NCBI GenBank assembly: GCA_013239625.1
Contig: MU053513.1
Coordinates: 392,370 to 456,369 of the forward strand
Source of the DNA: Lama guanicoe
Lineage: Eukaryota
Direction of reading: 5' to 3'
DNA length: 64,000 nt
Shown here: piece by piece, positions 1 to 12,700 of the stretch
Position numbering within the stretch: the stretch's first letter is position 1
How the letters are laid out: every line of letters begins with the position of its first letter
Position numbers and translations under genes: made by a program
The notes under the pieces: model-generated
The model's input: only the letters and a program-made list of their open reading frames with translations
What the model was told of the DNA's origin: nothing
Database searches by the model: none

Positions 1-9
1 TACATTTCA

Positions 10-415
10 GGCATGTCAATGTCAAATGCCTGCACCTGGAATTTTCTTCCTGCAGATAGAAGCATAGCTCATTTTCTCAGCTTCTTCAGGTCTTGGCTCA
101 AATCCCATCTTCTCAGAGGGGCTGTTATGAAACATCTATTTAAAATTGCAGCATTTTTCCTATTGTCCAATGCCTTCTTTGTTTTTTGGGGTTTTTTTTT
201 TTTTTGCTTTATTTTTTCTGTATTACACTTATCACCACTGACATATCATTGATTTTACTAATTTATTTGTTTATTCCCTAGCTCCCTCAACTGGAATGTA
301 TATTTTATGCAGCCAGGAATTTTTGTCTATTTTATTTGCTGCCATATCTCCAATGTCTAGAAGAATCCTAGTCACTACAATAATGAAAAAATATCATTGA
401 GTTAATAAGTAATGT
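10..415 (+). mobile_element. LINE-2 3' end fragment
   Basis: Degenerate L2 3' terminus (ctggaatgta...ttttgtctattttatttgctgccatatctccaatgtctagaa...tgagttaataagtaatg). Confidence 0.7.
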
Positions 416-439
416 CCCATTTTGAAGAAACTAAAGTAA

Positions 440-900
440 ATTAATTGGATGGAGATGGATGAGGGTTGAGGGCTATGTTAGATAGTTTGGTCAAGGGAGC
501 CATTTGAGCAAATGATGAGAAATTGGAAAGAGCCCACCATGGCAAGATCTGGGGGGGAGGCGATTTCAAAAGGAACAGCAAATTTGGATGTCAACAGGCA
601 GGTGTGAAGTAAGGAAAGGCCTATAAAGGGAAAGCTGAGGAGGGATGACTATTGAGGGAGGAGAGAAGTGAAAACGGATGGAACCATTGGGTGGGCAAAA
701 ACCACATTAGAGATTGCCTTATAGACCATGGTAGAGAGTTTGAAATATATTTCAAATACAACTAGATACTCTTAGAATTAAAAAAAAAAACCACTCTGGC
801 CATTATTGTGGGCTAGGGTACCAGGAGGAATAGTAGAAACAAAACCTCCCAGAGGATCTGCAGTGGTCCAGATGTTAGTAGGTTAGGGCAGTGAGACAGC
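440..900 (-). mobile_element. LINE-2 fragment
   Basis: Purine-rich antisense-L2 pattern (catttgagca, gaccatggtagagagtttga, cactctggc, gcagtggtccag). Confidence 0.55.
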
Positions 901-939
901 ACTGCAAATCATAACGAAGAGGAAAGATCCTGGGCAGAT

Positions 940-1055
940 CTTTATCCAACGCACAAGCTTAGTGATATCGGGCAATTTATTTAATCACTATAAGCTTTGG
1001 TTTTCTTACCAATAAAATGGGAATAATAAATTGCTTATTTCAGAGCTTAGATGAT
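940..1055 (+). mobile_element. MIR SINE core fragment
   Basis: gggcaatttatttaatcactataagctttggttttcttaccaataaaatgggaataata resembles the MIR core. Confidence 0.65.
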
Positions 1056-4000
1056 TTGATGGTTGGATCATAGTCAAATATTTTTCATTTAAAAAAAAGA
1101 AGACTAAATCTGATGGTTTGGCATGGATTAATTCTCCAAATGGAAAGGTCTATGAGCACTATTAGAAACACATGATGGGATAGCCACTAGATATAAATAA
1201 AAGATATGACATTTATTCCCTCCAGGAATTAATGACTCAGAACACTTAAAATTTGGACATTTGCCTGAAAACCACCTGCAGATGAAATGGAAAATATCTC
1301 AGAGAGACTCAGGAACTGGGCATATTAAGAACACAGGCTCTGGTTTGGTTTCAGCTCTTCCTTCAAGATCAATTCTCCTGTAAACCTGCTTCTAAATACG
1401 GATGCAAAAAGGTGAGGAGTTCCTGTATCTAAACCCTGTCAGAATTCCAGCACCTATTCTGTTCACAGAAAGCATAAATTAAAAGTTTTTATTATTGTTG
1501 TTTGCATTGCACTGATCTAAATTATTCTTTAAAAAGTTATATATTCACAATTAAGGCTCAAAAACCAAAACTCATGTGAATACTGCTACAAAAATCAGTT
1601 TCGAATTTAAAAATATACCCTCCGTGTTGTCATATTTATTTTCAAAAGCTAAAGATATATATTGACTTTCTTAATATTCCTGTCATTTTAAATATTATTT
1701 TCATTACCATGAAGTAACACCTAAATTCACAATAAACCACGAGGCAATATGTAAAACCGTGAAAGAAAAATGAAGTGCTCAAACAAAAGTGTAAAATCCT
1801 ATAAATCCTGAGTAATAAACAGTTACACTGTAATATAATCCTTTTATCAATATCCAAGGCTCTAAGATGTATTTGTTCTTACAGAAAAAGCTTAAATTTG
1901 ATTTATTTATCTCATTTCAATTAAAGAAAAGCTGCCAAATCTGTTCCTACAGTAACTCTCGAAGATCTGTTAAGAAAAATAATCCAAATAAGGAAATAAG
2001 GCAGAAAATGGCTGTGTCTTTAATGTGACATCTGAGCACCGTATGACAGGTTCACCCAGGACTGTTTAATTCTCCAGGAAAATACACCTTTGTTGACTTA
2101 TTATTTACTACCGATTTATGCTCAGAATTTGCTAAGGTTACTGTTCACCTATATATTGTTGTCTAATAGAAAAGCAAATGATTTCTCTCTGATAGAAAAA
2201 ATAACCATGAAATGTACAATTTTATTGGAAATATAGAACATTAAGCAATTTTGTTTCTAACTAGCAAATTTATTTCAGCATGTCTTTGCCAACTAACTAT
2301 AAAAAGTTGTGTGTCTTAAATGCTCTGAATCAACCTTACCATCCTACTGGCTCCCTCATTAATGAGTCAAATGCATCTTTGTTATGTGCTCACTGTGTAT
2401 TTGTATGAGAGGCATGATTTTGACAATGAAAGTTATACCTTGACAGTTTTCAAGTTTCCAACAAAATGTTCAAGTAGATTCTCTTGCTGGAGGCAATTAA
2501 GCTTAATCGCTAAAGAAATAGACCTTATGATCTGAAAGATGAAAGATCTTGGGTACACTTTTATCCCCCTTTGGGCTTTGGATTAATTCCCAAGTTGCAA
2601 TAGAACTTTACATTTATTGAATTTCTCTTTCTCTCTCTGGTTTCATTTTTGCTTCTGGTTCTTGGCAAAGTTGGCTCTTGTTCTCATACTGATTGGTTAA
2701 TGCTAAGAAATCATTCCCCATAGAGAACAGTGGTGGCAGAGCATCAGATTTATAGTCTGACCATTTCGTTGTCTCTGTTGGGATGATGGGATCTTTCTAG
2801 GGTTAGAATGAAATAATGTTTTTTGTTAGTCCTCTTTTTCCTTGTTTTGCTCTTTGTCCACACTGAGTTTTAATCAATTGCAATATTTCACACCCACTGG
2901 AAAGGAGAAACATCTTTGTGATCTGGATCAGTGAGCTTTCATGTTCTGTTTAGATGTGACTTTGGTTAAGTTGCTGACCGGAAGCTGCAAGTTCTCTGTG
3001 TGTCTCAGTATCTGTAATTGAGGAAAGTTTGCACCCCTTGTGTAAGAGTTTAAAATATTTCTCAACCAAGTAAGTATACACAAAATATAATTCCTCTAAA
3101 ATTAAAAGAGCTCTGTTTCTTTTTTATCAATATGAATAAGGCAACAATCAACAAAAATTTGCATAAGATTTCCAGGGACGGGGAAGGATGAAAATGAGTA
3201 CTCATAATTTAAATGTGCTAGTCTTAAACAAAGAAGAAAACAAACTTCTCTCAACGTTGGCTACTTCAGAACTATTTTATATAAGAATTCAGGTTTACAA
3301 GTTATATCTTTAGTAAATTCAGACCCGTTTTATAACTTTGGTTCAAAAAACCATTTGTCTTTTTCTCTGATTTTATGTATTTGAATCGTAATAGAAGCAT
3401 GCATGTATCCCGGGCTTGTTTCTCATAAAATATTACGTAATATCAAACTTCTAAACTTCTTATATTGGTATACAGATTATATAAAGTAATAGTAGTCCCC
3501 CTTTAATATTTTAAGATTGTAGAACATGTATATTGTTAAAATACATTAAATTATAATTTTAGATAGCTTTTTAAAATAACAGTGATTATAGTCTCTACTA
3601 TACCGGGTTAAACGTATTTTTTCAGATTCCCAGTTAATTTAAAATCCTGGGACAAAATTAAATTGAATTAATGGTAATAAAAAATTCCGAATTTTTTTCA
3701 GTTAAGATATATGTAAATGTTATAAAATAAGTATGCCTTTTGGTTTTGTTTATAAATATATTTATTTTTGTCATTTAAGGAAATGTTCAAGAAATTGTTC
3801 GAGCTGTAGGAGTTCCTACTATGATTTATGATTTTTACTTATGCTAAAATATTTGTATATTGACACATAGTTCTCCGTGGTTACCTCCCAGTTTCTTCAG
3901 TGAAATACAAATTAGTTCTTTTATTTTTTAAGAGTTAGAATTCATACTATGGTTGAATCTATTCCCAGCACAATAGTGGCAAAAAATACAGCTACCAGTA

Positions 4001-4265
4001 ATGCAATATTTCTCTCTCCTTGTCTCCTTTTCCTCCACTGCAAGGGATAAAGTCTTATCCTAAAATAAATGTCAGCTTGTTCAGAATAAGAAATAGTATA
4101 GCATAGGACAAAACTTAAGTGGGTAATGCAATTTGTAGAATATTTAAAGGAAGTGAATTTTATTTGCCTTGGTTTATAATTTATTATGGGTTGAGTTGTT
4201 TCCTCCAGTACCTGTAAATGTGGCCTTATTAGAAATAGAATCTTTGCTGATATAATCATGTTAAG

Positions 4266-4565
4266 ATGAACTTATTAGACATACATCCAGAGAAAACACC
4301 AGTTCAAAAAGATACATGCACCCCAATGTTCATAGTGGCACTGTTTACTACAATAGCCAAGATGTGGAAGCAACCTAAATGTCCATCCACAGATGATAGG
4401 ATAAAGAAATTGTGGCATATATATGCAATGAAATACTACTCAGCCATGAAAAAAGAGTGAAATAATGTCATTTGCAGCAACACAGACAGACCTAGAGATT
4501 ATCATAGTAAGTGAAGTAAGTCAGACAGAGAAAAATAAATATAATGTCATGTCACTTATGCATGG
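4266..4565 (+). mobile_element. LINE-1 fragment (ORF2 C-terminus region), preceded by a short MLT1 LTR piece at ~4205-4268
   Basis: Translation LLDIHPEKTPVQKDTCTPMFIVALFTTIAKMWKQPKCPSTDDRIKKLWHIYAMKYYSAMKK is the typical L1 ORF2 C-terminal sequence. Confidence 0.95.
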
Positions 4566-4895
4566 ATCAATGACTCACTCCGGGTGAAAGCAGAATTCTC
4601 TGTTAATAAGAAAGAGTTGTCCTTGAACTTGTGACCTGAGATGACAGGACTTAAGCATGAGAGAGAACAATGCGGGGGTTGGTGTTTCAAATCCACCCTG
4701 ACTACAGAGTCGAAGTACGCAGGATGCTGCATTAAATACAGAGTGGTGCTTGAATAAGGGGTGGGTGGTGTGAAATGCACATGCTCTGTCAGCAGGATGC
4801 GTAGTATGGTGCTGAAGAGTGCTTGCTGTTAGACCGCAAGAACCCAAATCCCAGCTCCACTTATTATTAGCAGCATCCTTTGGCCAAAAACATAG

Positions 4896-5068
4896 GCCAG
4901 GGGTCCTCAAAGACTGAGTGTGCATCTGAGTCATCGAGGGGGCGAGTTAAAATACCGATTGCTGCTTCCCATCCCCAAAGTTTCTGATTCAGGAGGTCTA
5001 AGCTTTGGCTCAAAAATCTGCATTTCCCAGATAATAGTAATGAAGCAATCCGGGAATATACTTTGACA
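4896..5068. mobile_element. MER5A-like hAT-Charlie DNA transposon nested in a MIR (MIR pieces ~4800-4870 and ~5080-5220)
   Basis: caggggtcctcaaa...catctgagtcatc...tttctgattcaggaggtct...aatctgcatttc...atactttga matches MER5A. Confidence 0.8.
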
Positions 5069-5339
5069 CTTATGTACATTTCATTATATTCATTTGTAAA
5101 ATGCTAATATTTTATGTATACTATAGAGAGAGATATAATATATGAGAGGGTTATTATAAAGATTAAGTGAAATAATCTATCAAAATCTCTTATACAATGC
5201 TTGTTTCATAACAAGCACTATCTTTAGCTAAAATGAAGATACCGAGCTATATTACAGAAAAAAAGGATGCCAAACATTGGGTGGAAATCTAAATGAATTA
5301 AACACCTAAAAGTAAAGAGGGTGAGAAAAAAATATTTGT

Positions 5340-5795
5340 GATTTGTAATATCTTGGGGCCTAGCCAACAGTTTTTAAACTGTAAAACTAATATGGAAAAT
5401 TTAAATCAATATTTTAAAATTTAATATAAATTTTTTAAAAGTTTTAAAAAATATAACATAAGCATTTAATACCAAAAGACAAGTTAGAAATTTGCATTTA
5501 TATCTTTTAAACCTGACAAAGACTTAGAGCTCCAAGAGCTCTTGGAAAGCCATTAGAAAAATATAAATGTCTTAATATTCAAAAATGGGCAAAGGTTATG
5601 AAAAGGCAATTCAACAAGGAGAAAATATAAATAGATGTACATGTAAAACGTGTTCATCTTCACTGGTAATTAAATGAATGCAAATTAAGATAAAGTTAAG
5701 GAGATGTTCTTCCCATCATCTTGGCAATTAAAAATGGATAACACCCAATATTGGCAAGGAGGTTAGCAGAGAAAAAAGGCATTTTAATGAATATT
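5340..5795 (+). mobile_element. Old L1M fragment
   Basis: aaaaatgggcaaaggttatgaaaaggcaattc...tgttcatcttcactggtaattaaatgaatgcaaattaag, typical of the L1 ORF2 3' region. Confidence 0.75.
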
Positions 5796-5797
5796 TT

Positions 5798-6125
5798 TGT
5801 GAAGATGGACTGAATGCTTGTTTCCCCTCTAAGTTCATATGTTGAAACTTAATCACCAATTTGATGGTGTTTGGAGGTGGGGCTTTAGGAGGTGGTTAGG
5901 TCATCAGAGTGATCTCTCATGAATGGGATCAGTGAAAAAGAGACCCAGGAAAGCTCCCTTGCCTTTCTCACCATGTGAGGACACAGAGAAAGGGTGGCCG
6001 TCTATGAGCTAGGAAGCCAGTCTTCACCAGACACCAAATCTGTAAAGCTCCTTGATCTTGGACTTCCCAACCTCCAGAACTGTGAGAAATAAATTTATAT
6101 TGTTTACAAGCCACCTAGTTCAGTG
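5798..6125 (+). mobile_element. MaLR solo LTR (MLT1A-like)
   Basis: ttcatatgttgaaac...tttggaggtggggcttt...ccatgtgaggacacag...ttgatcttggacttcccaacctccagaactgtgagaaataaattt. Confidence 0.9.
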
Positions 6126-6199
6126 CAAGTGGTTGACAAATAGACAAAGTACTATGCGCCAGAAATGATATGATTGGGTTTCTCGGTCATTGGTGCTGC

Positions 6200-6595
6200 T
6201 TAGACCATCACTGCCTTCCTTCTGTGTTCAAAACACGTTCTAGTTCAAGTGGCTTCTCCAGGCTGTCAGTGTCCCTGCCTTCTTAGTCACGTATGTAACA
6301 GCCTTTCCTTACACAGGTTTTGGGTCTCTCTGTACTCCCACGTACCTTTGGTTCATCAGTGTTCTGAGGGTTTGGGGCAGCTTGAACGCTGTAAGTAATG
6401 GGAAAGCTGGGAAGAGTGGATATGCAAATTTCACATCTTTTGCCCCTTTGGGCTTCACTTACAGAACACAAGTTCAAGATAAAGTTACTAAGAATTTCAA
6501 GAAGGAAATAGCAGAGCATTGAGCTAAGGCTGGAACCCATCTGAGCATGGGGCATCATTTGGTTGCACAGGTCACATGCCCACGAAACCAAGCCT
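6200..6595. mobile_element. hAT-Tip100 DNA transposon fragment (MER115/Zaphod-like)
   Basis: acacaagttcaagataaagttactaagaatttcaag...tgcacaggtcacatgcccacgaaacc; homologous to 43310-43436 in this window. Confidence 0.65.
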
Positions 6596-8668
6596 TCAGT
6601 TTAACTTGAATGACTACATTCTCTGGTTACACTAGACAATCCAAATATGCATGTGAAACCGAATGCCAAGGGAATTAAATTTTTGACGAAGGCACAGCAC
6701 TACAATAAATGTTGCTTATTGTTTGTTTGGTTATTTATTTATGAAGAGTATTCTCTGAACTCCTTCATTTCCCCACCACCAAGGGGTGTGGGAGCTGTGT
6801 TTATCCAAGATGTGAAGAAGGTGAAGGAGCCTCAGATGAACCACATGACGAACAGTGTATGTGCTCCCTGCATTTGGCGGTTCCTTCCCTGGTGCCTGAT
6901 TCATGCCTGAAAGGGAGAAAATCATCAAGAGTAAGGCAAGAGACGCAATAAAGGGCTATGTTGGGGAAAAAACTAAAACTCCCGCTCATGCTGGAATATT
7001 TTAATGGTCACTGTTTTCTATAAGCCATATGTGACCAGTGAGGGTCATGCAAGCAGAAGTAAGTTCTGCCCCAAATAACTGCCTACAAAAGGGAAGGGAC
7101 GGCAAGAGTGAGAGTGAGTGTGCGGAGTGGACCACTGGGGAAACAGCCAAGCAGAGGTCACCTTCAAGGGACCCAACAAATGCCCTGCGGGATCAAATTA
7201 GTCCCATTAAAATGCATAATTGGAATGCCAAGATAACGTGTGAGCCGCAACAATTCCGGATGGAATACTCTGTATTTTTAAGCTTCCTCACAACGTCATC
7301 ATATTTTTTTTCAGTAGATGCCTCTTGATTTATGAGCATCAAACCGCTATCTCATTTTCTGAGAGATAAGCCCTCAACACTCAGTGGCAAATATGTAGTG
7401 GTAACCATGTTGTTTTCAATTTAGAAAAGCCTGGGAGGAACTATAGATTATTTTAAGAGACTCTTTCAAATGTCACTGCCTTCTATGCTTCAATTACCCT
7501 TAGTACAGCACGCTAGCATCCGTAACACTTCAAACTCTTCTGGACCAGAAACACAAGGCATGGATGTGCCATTTCTTTCATCAAGCACTCTGAAAGTTTA
7601 ACAGTAGTCGCCAAAAGAGCTTAAACCTACTATCCTTGCCATTATCAATGTATGGGATTCCAGGTTCACAACAACAGGAAACAGGTCTTCTAAAGAACAT
7701 AGGCTCTAAGGTTTTCTTTTTCTAAACTGAGTCTGTCAATTTAGAATTTTTGAATTTTGATGTAATAGAGCCTGAGTGCCTGCAAACCAATTAAGCACTT
7801 ACGAAAACAAAGCTATCAATTTTTTTTTCCCAAATGAGCTTTCCTCCCCCTAAAGCATCATTGAGATTGTAATCTCCTCCAGGGTAGGAGCAGTAAATTC
7901 AGGATTTGTTAAGTACTCCCGAGCTTCTAGAATTTTATTCTGTGCACAGCATACACTCAATCAATATTGATGGACTGCCTGCCTATAAGATCTGTGCAAA
8001 GTAATTTGCTTCTCCGTGAAAACTCAGAAATGTGAGTCCCCAAAGATGATCACTGCCCTAAAGGGTAGAGAATGAGGAGGGGAGAGAGGACATAAAAGAT
8101 TAATGGTCATTCTCGTTGTAGCAGATGTTTAAGAGGGTTTGGGCTTAGCCATCCTCTGTCACATCACACACAACACTTTGTACCACTTCTGGGTTCTGTT
8201 CGCCCTGAGGTGCCTGCTGTCCTGTTCTTTGAGATGACAAGGAGATTTACAGCCAGAAACTGTATCTATTTTATTAAATGAGGCATGCTACAGACTCTCA
8301 TTATTTTATAAATATATAAAGCAAGAAGGAGAAAGTTTTTGAATTAAAAAATATCAGCAAGTAAAGATACATGCCACTATCAATAGATATGGAAATGAAA
8401 ATGGATAATGAAAACGGATATAATAGATTAACAAAAAGCAGGGTAAGAACAAAGAAAAATAGTTCAAAGATTCCATATTTACACAGGACATTTGAATTAG
8501 AGGAGCTTTAAAACCACATTCTCTTTGTGAGTAGAATTAGGTTGGTCAGACTTCTCATCTTTCTAAAGCAAATCTGTCCTTGAGATTTTCCATGCTGCAC
8601 CAATGTTTCAGGCTTTCCGGAAATACTGTGGCTCTTCCAGACACAGCAAGCTTGGATCAGACATTAAA

Positions 8669-8732
8669 GTGTGTGTGTCTGTGTGCCTGTGTGTGTGCCT
8701 GTGCCTGTGCGTGTGTGTGTGTGTGTGTGTGT
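8669..8732 (+). repeat. Interrupted (TG)n microsatellite
   Basis: Direct reading. Confidence 0.95.
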
Positions 8733-8789
8733 CTTTTAGCGTTGACTGGTTAAAGTTTGCTTCCTCAAACTGAAAGAGGTAATCCTCCA

Positions 8790-9012
8790 CAGGAGGGATC
8801 AGCAAACTTTTCCCATAAAAAGCCACACCAAAATACTTTTGGTTCTGAGGATTATATGTTCTCTGTTGTATCTACTCATCACTACCGTGGTAATGTGAAA
8901 GCAGAGACAAAAGGAAAATCAATGGCTGTCACTGTGTTCCGATAAAATCTGATTCACAGAAGCAGGTTGTGGAGAAGATTTAGCATATGCAGCTGTAGTT
9001 TTCCAGCTCCTG
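8790..9012. mobile_element. MER58A-like hAT-Charlie element
   Basis: cagcaaacttttc...atactttt...tgtgttccgataaaa...tgtagttttccagctcctg; CAGG...CCTG ends. Confidence 0.8.
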
Positions 9013-9192
9013 CTCTACGGTGACAGCCCCACAAGTAAGCATTTCCATGGGTTCAACGGCCTTTCATTCGGTGGGTATTGAGAAATGGAGGAGACCTTGG
9101 TGTAAGCTGTAGAATCAGACAAATTGAGGCAAATGATTTTAGAGCAGACAGATTAATCCTGGATTCCAAAGATCAATCTATGTTGTTTCTAA

Positions 9193-9291
9193 ATTTTTAT
9201 TTTATGTTTTAGTTTTGTATGGGGATACTGGGAATTGAACCCAGGACTTTGCTCACGCTAAGCGTATGGTCTACCAATGAGCTACACCCCC
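9193..9291 (-). mobile_element. tRNA-derived SINE (camelid Vic-1-like)
   Basis: Reverse complement GGGGGTGTAGCTCATTGGTAGACC...GTCCTGGGTTCAATTCCCAGTATCCCCA plus A-rich tail; A and B boxes present. Confidence 0.9.
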
Positions 9292-9372
9292 ATCTGCTAA
9301 TCTGGCTATGTTTTGATGGTGAATTTATCAGCAATGCTGTTATAAACATCCCTTGAGATTTTATAAGATTTC

Positions 9373-9782
9373 GTAAGAAATGCCTTGTAACAGACAGTAA
9401 ATCCAGTCTCGTTACCTAAAGCACATATAACTTAGCTTTTTTTTTTATGAAGAAGAACATTTACAGTGCAGTTAATACCTGCTTTTAAGCCAGCTATCCT
9501 GTCGACACATAGTAAACAATAATTAAATGAAATGCTCTTAATTCCTAGGCTCCTACTAATTGTTTTACTGACAAGCTTATGTAAGAAATGCCTTGTAACA
9601 GACAGTAAATCCAGCCTCGTTACCTAAAGCATATAACTTAGTTTTTTTTATGAAGAAGGACATTTACAGTGCAGTTAATACCTGCTTTTATGCCAGCTAT
9701 CCTGTCGACACATAGTAAACAATAATTAAACGAAATGCTCTTAATTCCTAGGCTCCTACTAATTGTTTTACTGACAAGCTTA
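9373..9782 (+). repeat. Tandem duplication, two copies of ~205 bp (9373-9579 and 9581-9782)
   Basis: Both copies run gtaagaaatgccttgtaacagacag...ttttactgacaagctta and differ by about four substitutions and small indels. Confidence 0.98.
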
Positions 9783-12700
9783 GATCAATGGTGTGAGGTC
9801 AGGACTCTCAGACAGGGTGAGATCCAGGAGAAAGCCCTTGATGGATCTATTATTCCTTCATCAACATTAAAATATTTCATAATATTGAAAACATACAAAG
9901 TACATTCATGTTTTTATGACTTCCTGTTTGCAAATACATATACAATATTAATCTACCCTGGTGATCCCATTTGAACAAATGCCACTGAATCACTAATAAA
10001 AATAGCTCAAATTTTAAATTGTCATTTTATATCCCAAGTCTAAAGAAACAGACAACAAAAAGGAATTATATATTAAAGAAGAATAGAGAAATTGATGGAA
10101 AAGAATTACATTGTCCAAAAGATGGCAACATATTGAGTATTATTAGAAAAGGAAGGCACGATTTTATACAAACTTGGGTCACCAGCAGTGAGACTGCAGT
10201 GTCATTCTGGACACACTATGGGACACTCTTTAGCAGGCTATCTGAGTCTTACATTATCTGAAACAACAGAATGTCATGAAGATTCCTTGTTGCTTCTTCA
10301 CTCAGATTAAAAACTTCTATGTGTGTGTATGTGTGTCCCCGACAGGTGTAAATCAACAGCACGTTAAAAAAAAGTTTCACTTTACCATGCTTTCCAGTCT
10401 TTCAGTTAAAAGTTCTAATTCATATGTATACTTACACAGAGACCAAAATTTGAATAAACTCCACATTAAATGATGAACTAAATATATTTCAGTATTTGTC
10501 AGGCCCCAGTTGGCTAGCTAATATTCAAATCAAAATCAAAATGCTCATGAAAACCAAATGCAATCTAAAGAGCAACATCTTAATCCTATGAAATTGTCTC
10601 TGATTTTTTAATTGTAAAATTATGTTATTTTATTAGAATAATAAATAATTCATAAGGCATATATATGATGAAAATAAAATCTGTATCTCTGTAGTTACAA
10701 AAAGCCACACATAAAGTGAGAGGTTCATCTTCTTGCCCAGAGTTTTCTCTGCTGTTTTGTTGATCTGATCATTTATGATCTTCAATCTGCATATGCATTT
10801 GACAGCATTTGTGAATGCTTTATAACCTACTCCGAAGTCTTTACGTTGGTTTTATAGGTTGTCTGTAACTCCTCTGCACTGAATTGTTTGTTACGGGCCT
10901 AAAATCCATTTTCATACTAATGTCTCTGTATTATCTTTCCAGTGTCTAAGCATAATGTTCTCTGTCACCATTAAGCTTAATGAGAGCTGTTCGGCACATT
11001 CATGAAAAATATTTCTTCTCTGTAGAAAAGTTGTTAGCCAGAGAAAAATCATAATTGAGATTTTTTTCCCCTGTATAGTCAAACTAATGTAGTAAAGTAT
11101 CACCCCCGATTTATATTTTTAAAAAGAGAAGTGAAGATGGAATAATCAGGGTGCCTTCAACAATGAAAGCATAAATATAATCTTCAAAGAATTTTCCACC
11201 TTTGAGCTGTTCAAACCTACTTAAAAATAAGTGACAGGCAAGAATAGATTCATTTCTATTTTCTTTCATCAAAAATTATGTCCTCTTTCTGCTTCCAATT
11301 CCTACATTTATATAAGCATAATTTTCACCTTTGCTAAAATCAGAAGGAAAATGTTAGGTTAGTTTTCTTGCCAAAAGATAAAAAACATGGGGAAAGACAT
11401 GTGAATTTACTTTTGCGAAGTTCACTTCACATGCACACAGGGGAAAAGCCAAACCAGATCTGCTAAATAGGAGTCTTGAAGAGATATTGGCATCAGTGAG
11501 CCACCCTATTCACTTCTGCTTGGGGAAAAAAGAATTAAATAAATGGCTTAAATTAATCAAAACAAGAAAGACAACAACACCTTAAGGCAAGATCCAAATC
11601 AATCAGGTGAAAAATAACAATAAAAACCCACCAACACAAAGACAATTAGAACAACCCCATGAGTTTAGGTCCTGCTGGGTGTTTTTAATGTTCTGCAGCC
11701 CCTAGAGAAAATCAAGAGTATAGAAATAAAATATGTAAAATTACCTATAAATAACTATATATCTGAAAAATTTTTACCAGTTAATAAACTTTAAGTATGT
11801 GGGAAACCGGACATTTATTTAAATTAAAGACTCAAAGCTATAAATGAACTGCACTGAAAGAGTGCAGCGAAATGGATTTTTGAAGGATTTCAGCAATTTT
11901 AACTCAATAGCAATTATGTATAATACTAAATTCAGGAAAATATCTATTAAATTATCTAATGAAAATAGTTCTTTGAAGACTGAATAAAAACTGTGGGTGA
12001 TAGTGAAAGATATCTTTATTGGATGCTTTAGTCCATGTGCCAAGTCCATTTTTAATCATTGATTATTGTGTATAATCTCCTTTTTGATCCGATGGGACAG
12101 GTGCTCTCATTGTCTGTATTTTACTCAGGTAGACGCCAAAGAAGGGATATTTTAAGTAACCAACCGACATCCTGAGGTAAGAGGGAGGTTAGCAACCGAA
12201 CCAGAATTTGAAACGGGAATATCAAAAACTGCCTCATAGAAGCTTTTAAAGAAATTTAACTTCTTATAAATAATACACACTGTAGTTAAATAATACATGT
12301 TAGTTACGTTATCTCTCTTGCAATACTTTTATCTACCAGTCAGGAATCTGGGCTAAAAAAGATGCTTCCTCAGAAGTTTTAACCAAAGCGAGCGTGATGA
12401 AGGGATGATTTATGGAGATCTGGGCGAAGTTAAAGGACCCAGTGAAAGCTGGAAAAGCACAGCAGATGAGTGAAGTCGATGCTGTGGGGTTCTGTGCGGC
12501 TCTCTCCGCGATGATTATGCGTGGGGATCGCTGGGCTGAAGGCTCACAAGAATTGTTCTCTGCCAAAGAAGCCTGCCTCATCCAAGGTGATGCCTCTCCC
12601 CTGAGCAGCCCACAGTCACTGGCAGGTCCTCAGTGTCACCAGAGTCAAACTTCTCTTAAGGGCCATCTCAGCTTTAGAGCTAAAGCCACGGTTGCCACTG

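Noticed and set aside
4266..4460. 64-aa ORF with protein-like sequence
   Set aside because: It is the L1 ORF2 C-terminus, not a host gene.
9373..9782. Possible CRISPR-like or repeat-spacer array
   Set aside because: Only two contiguous long copies with no spacers, in a eukaryotic context.
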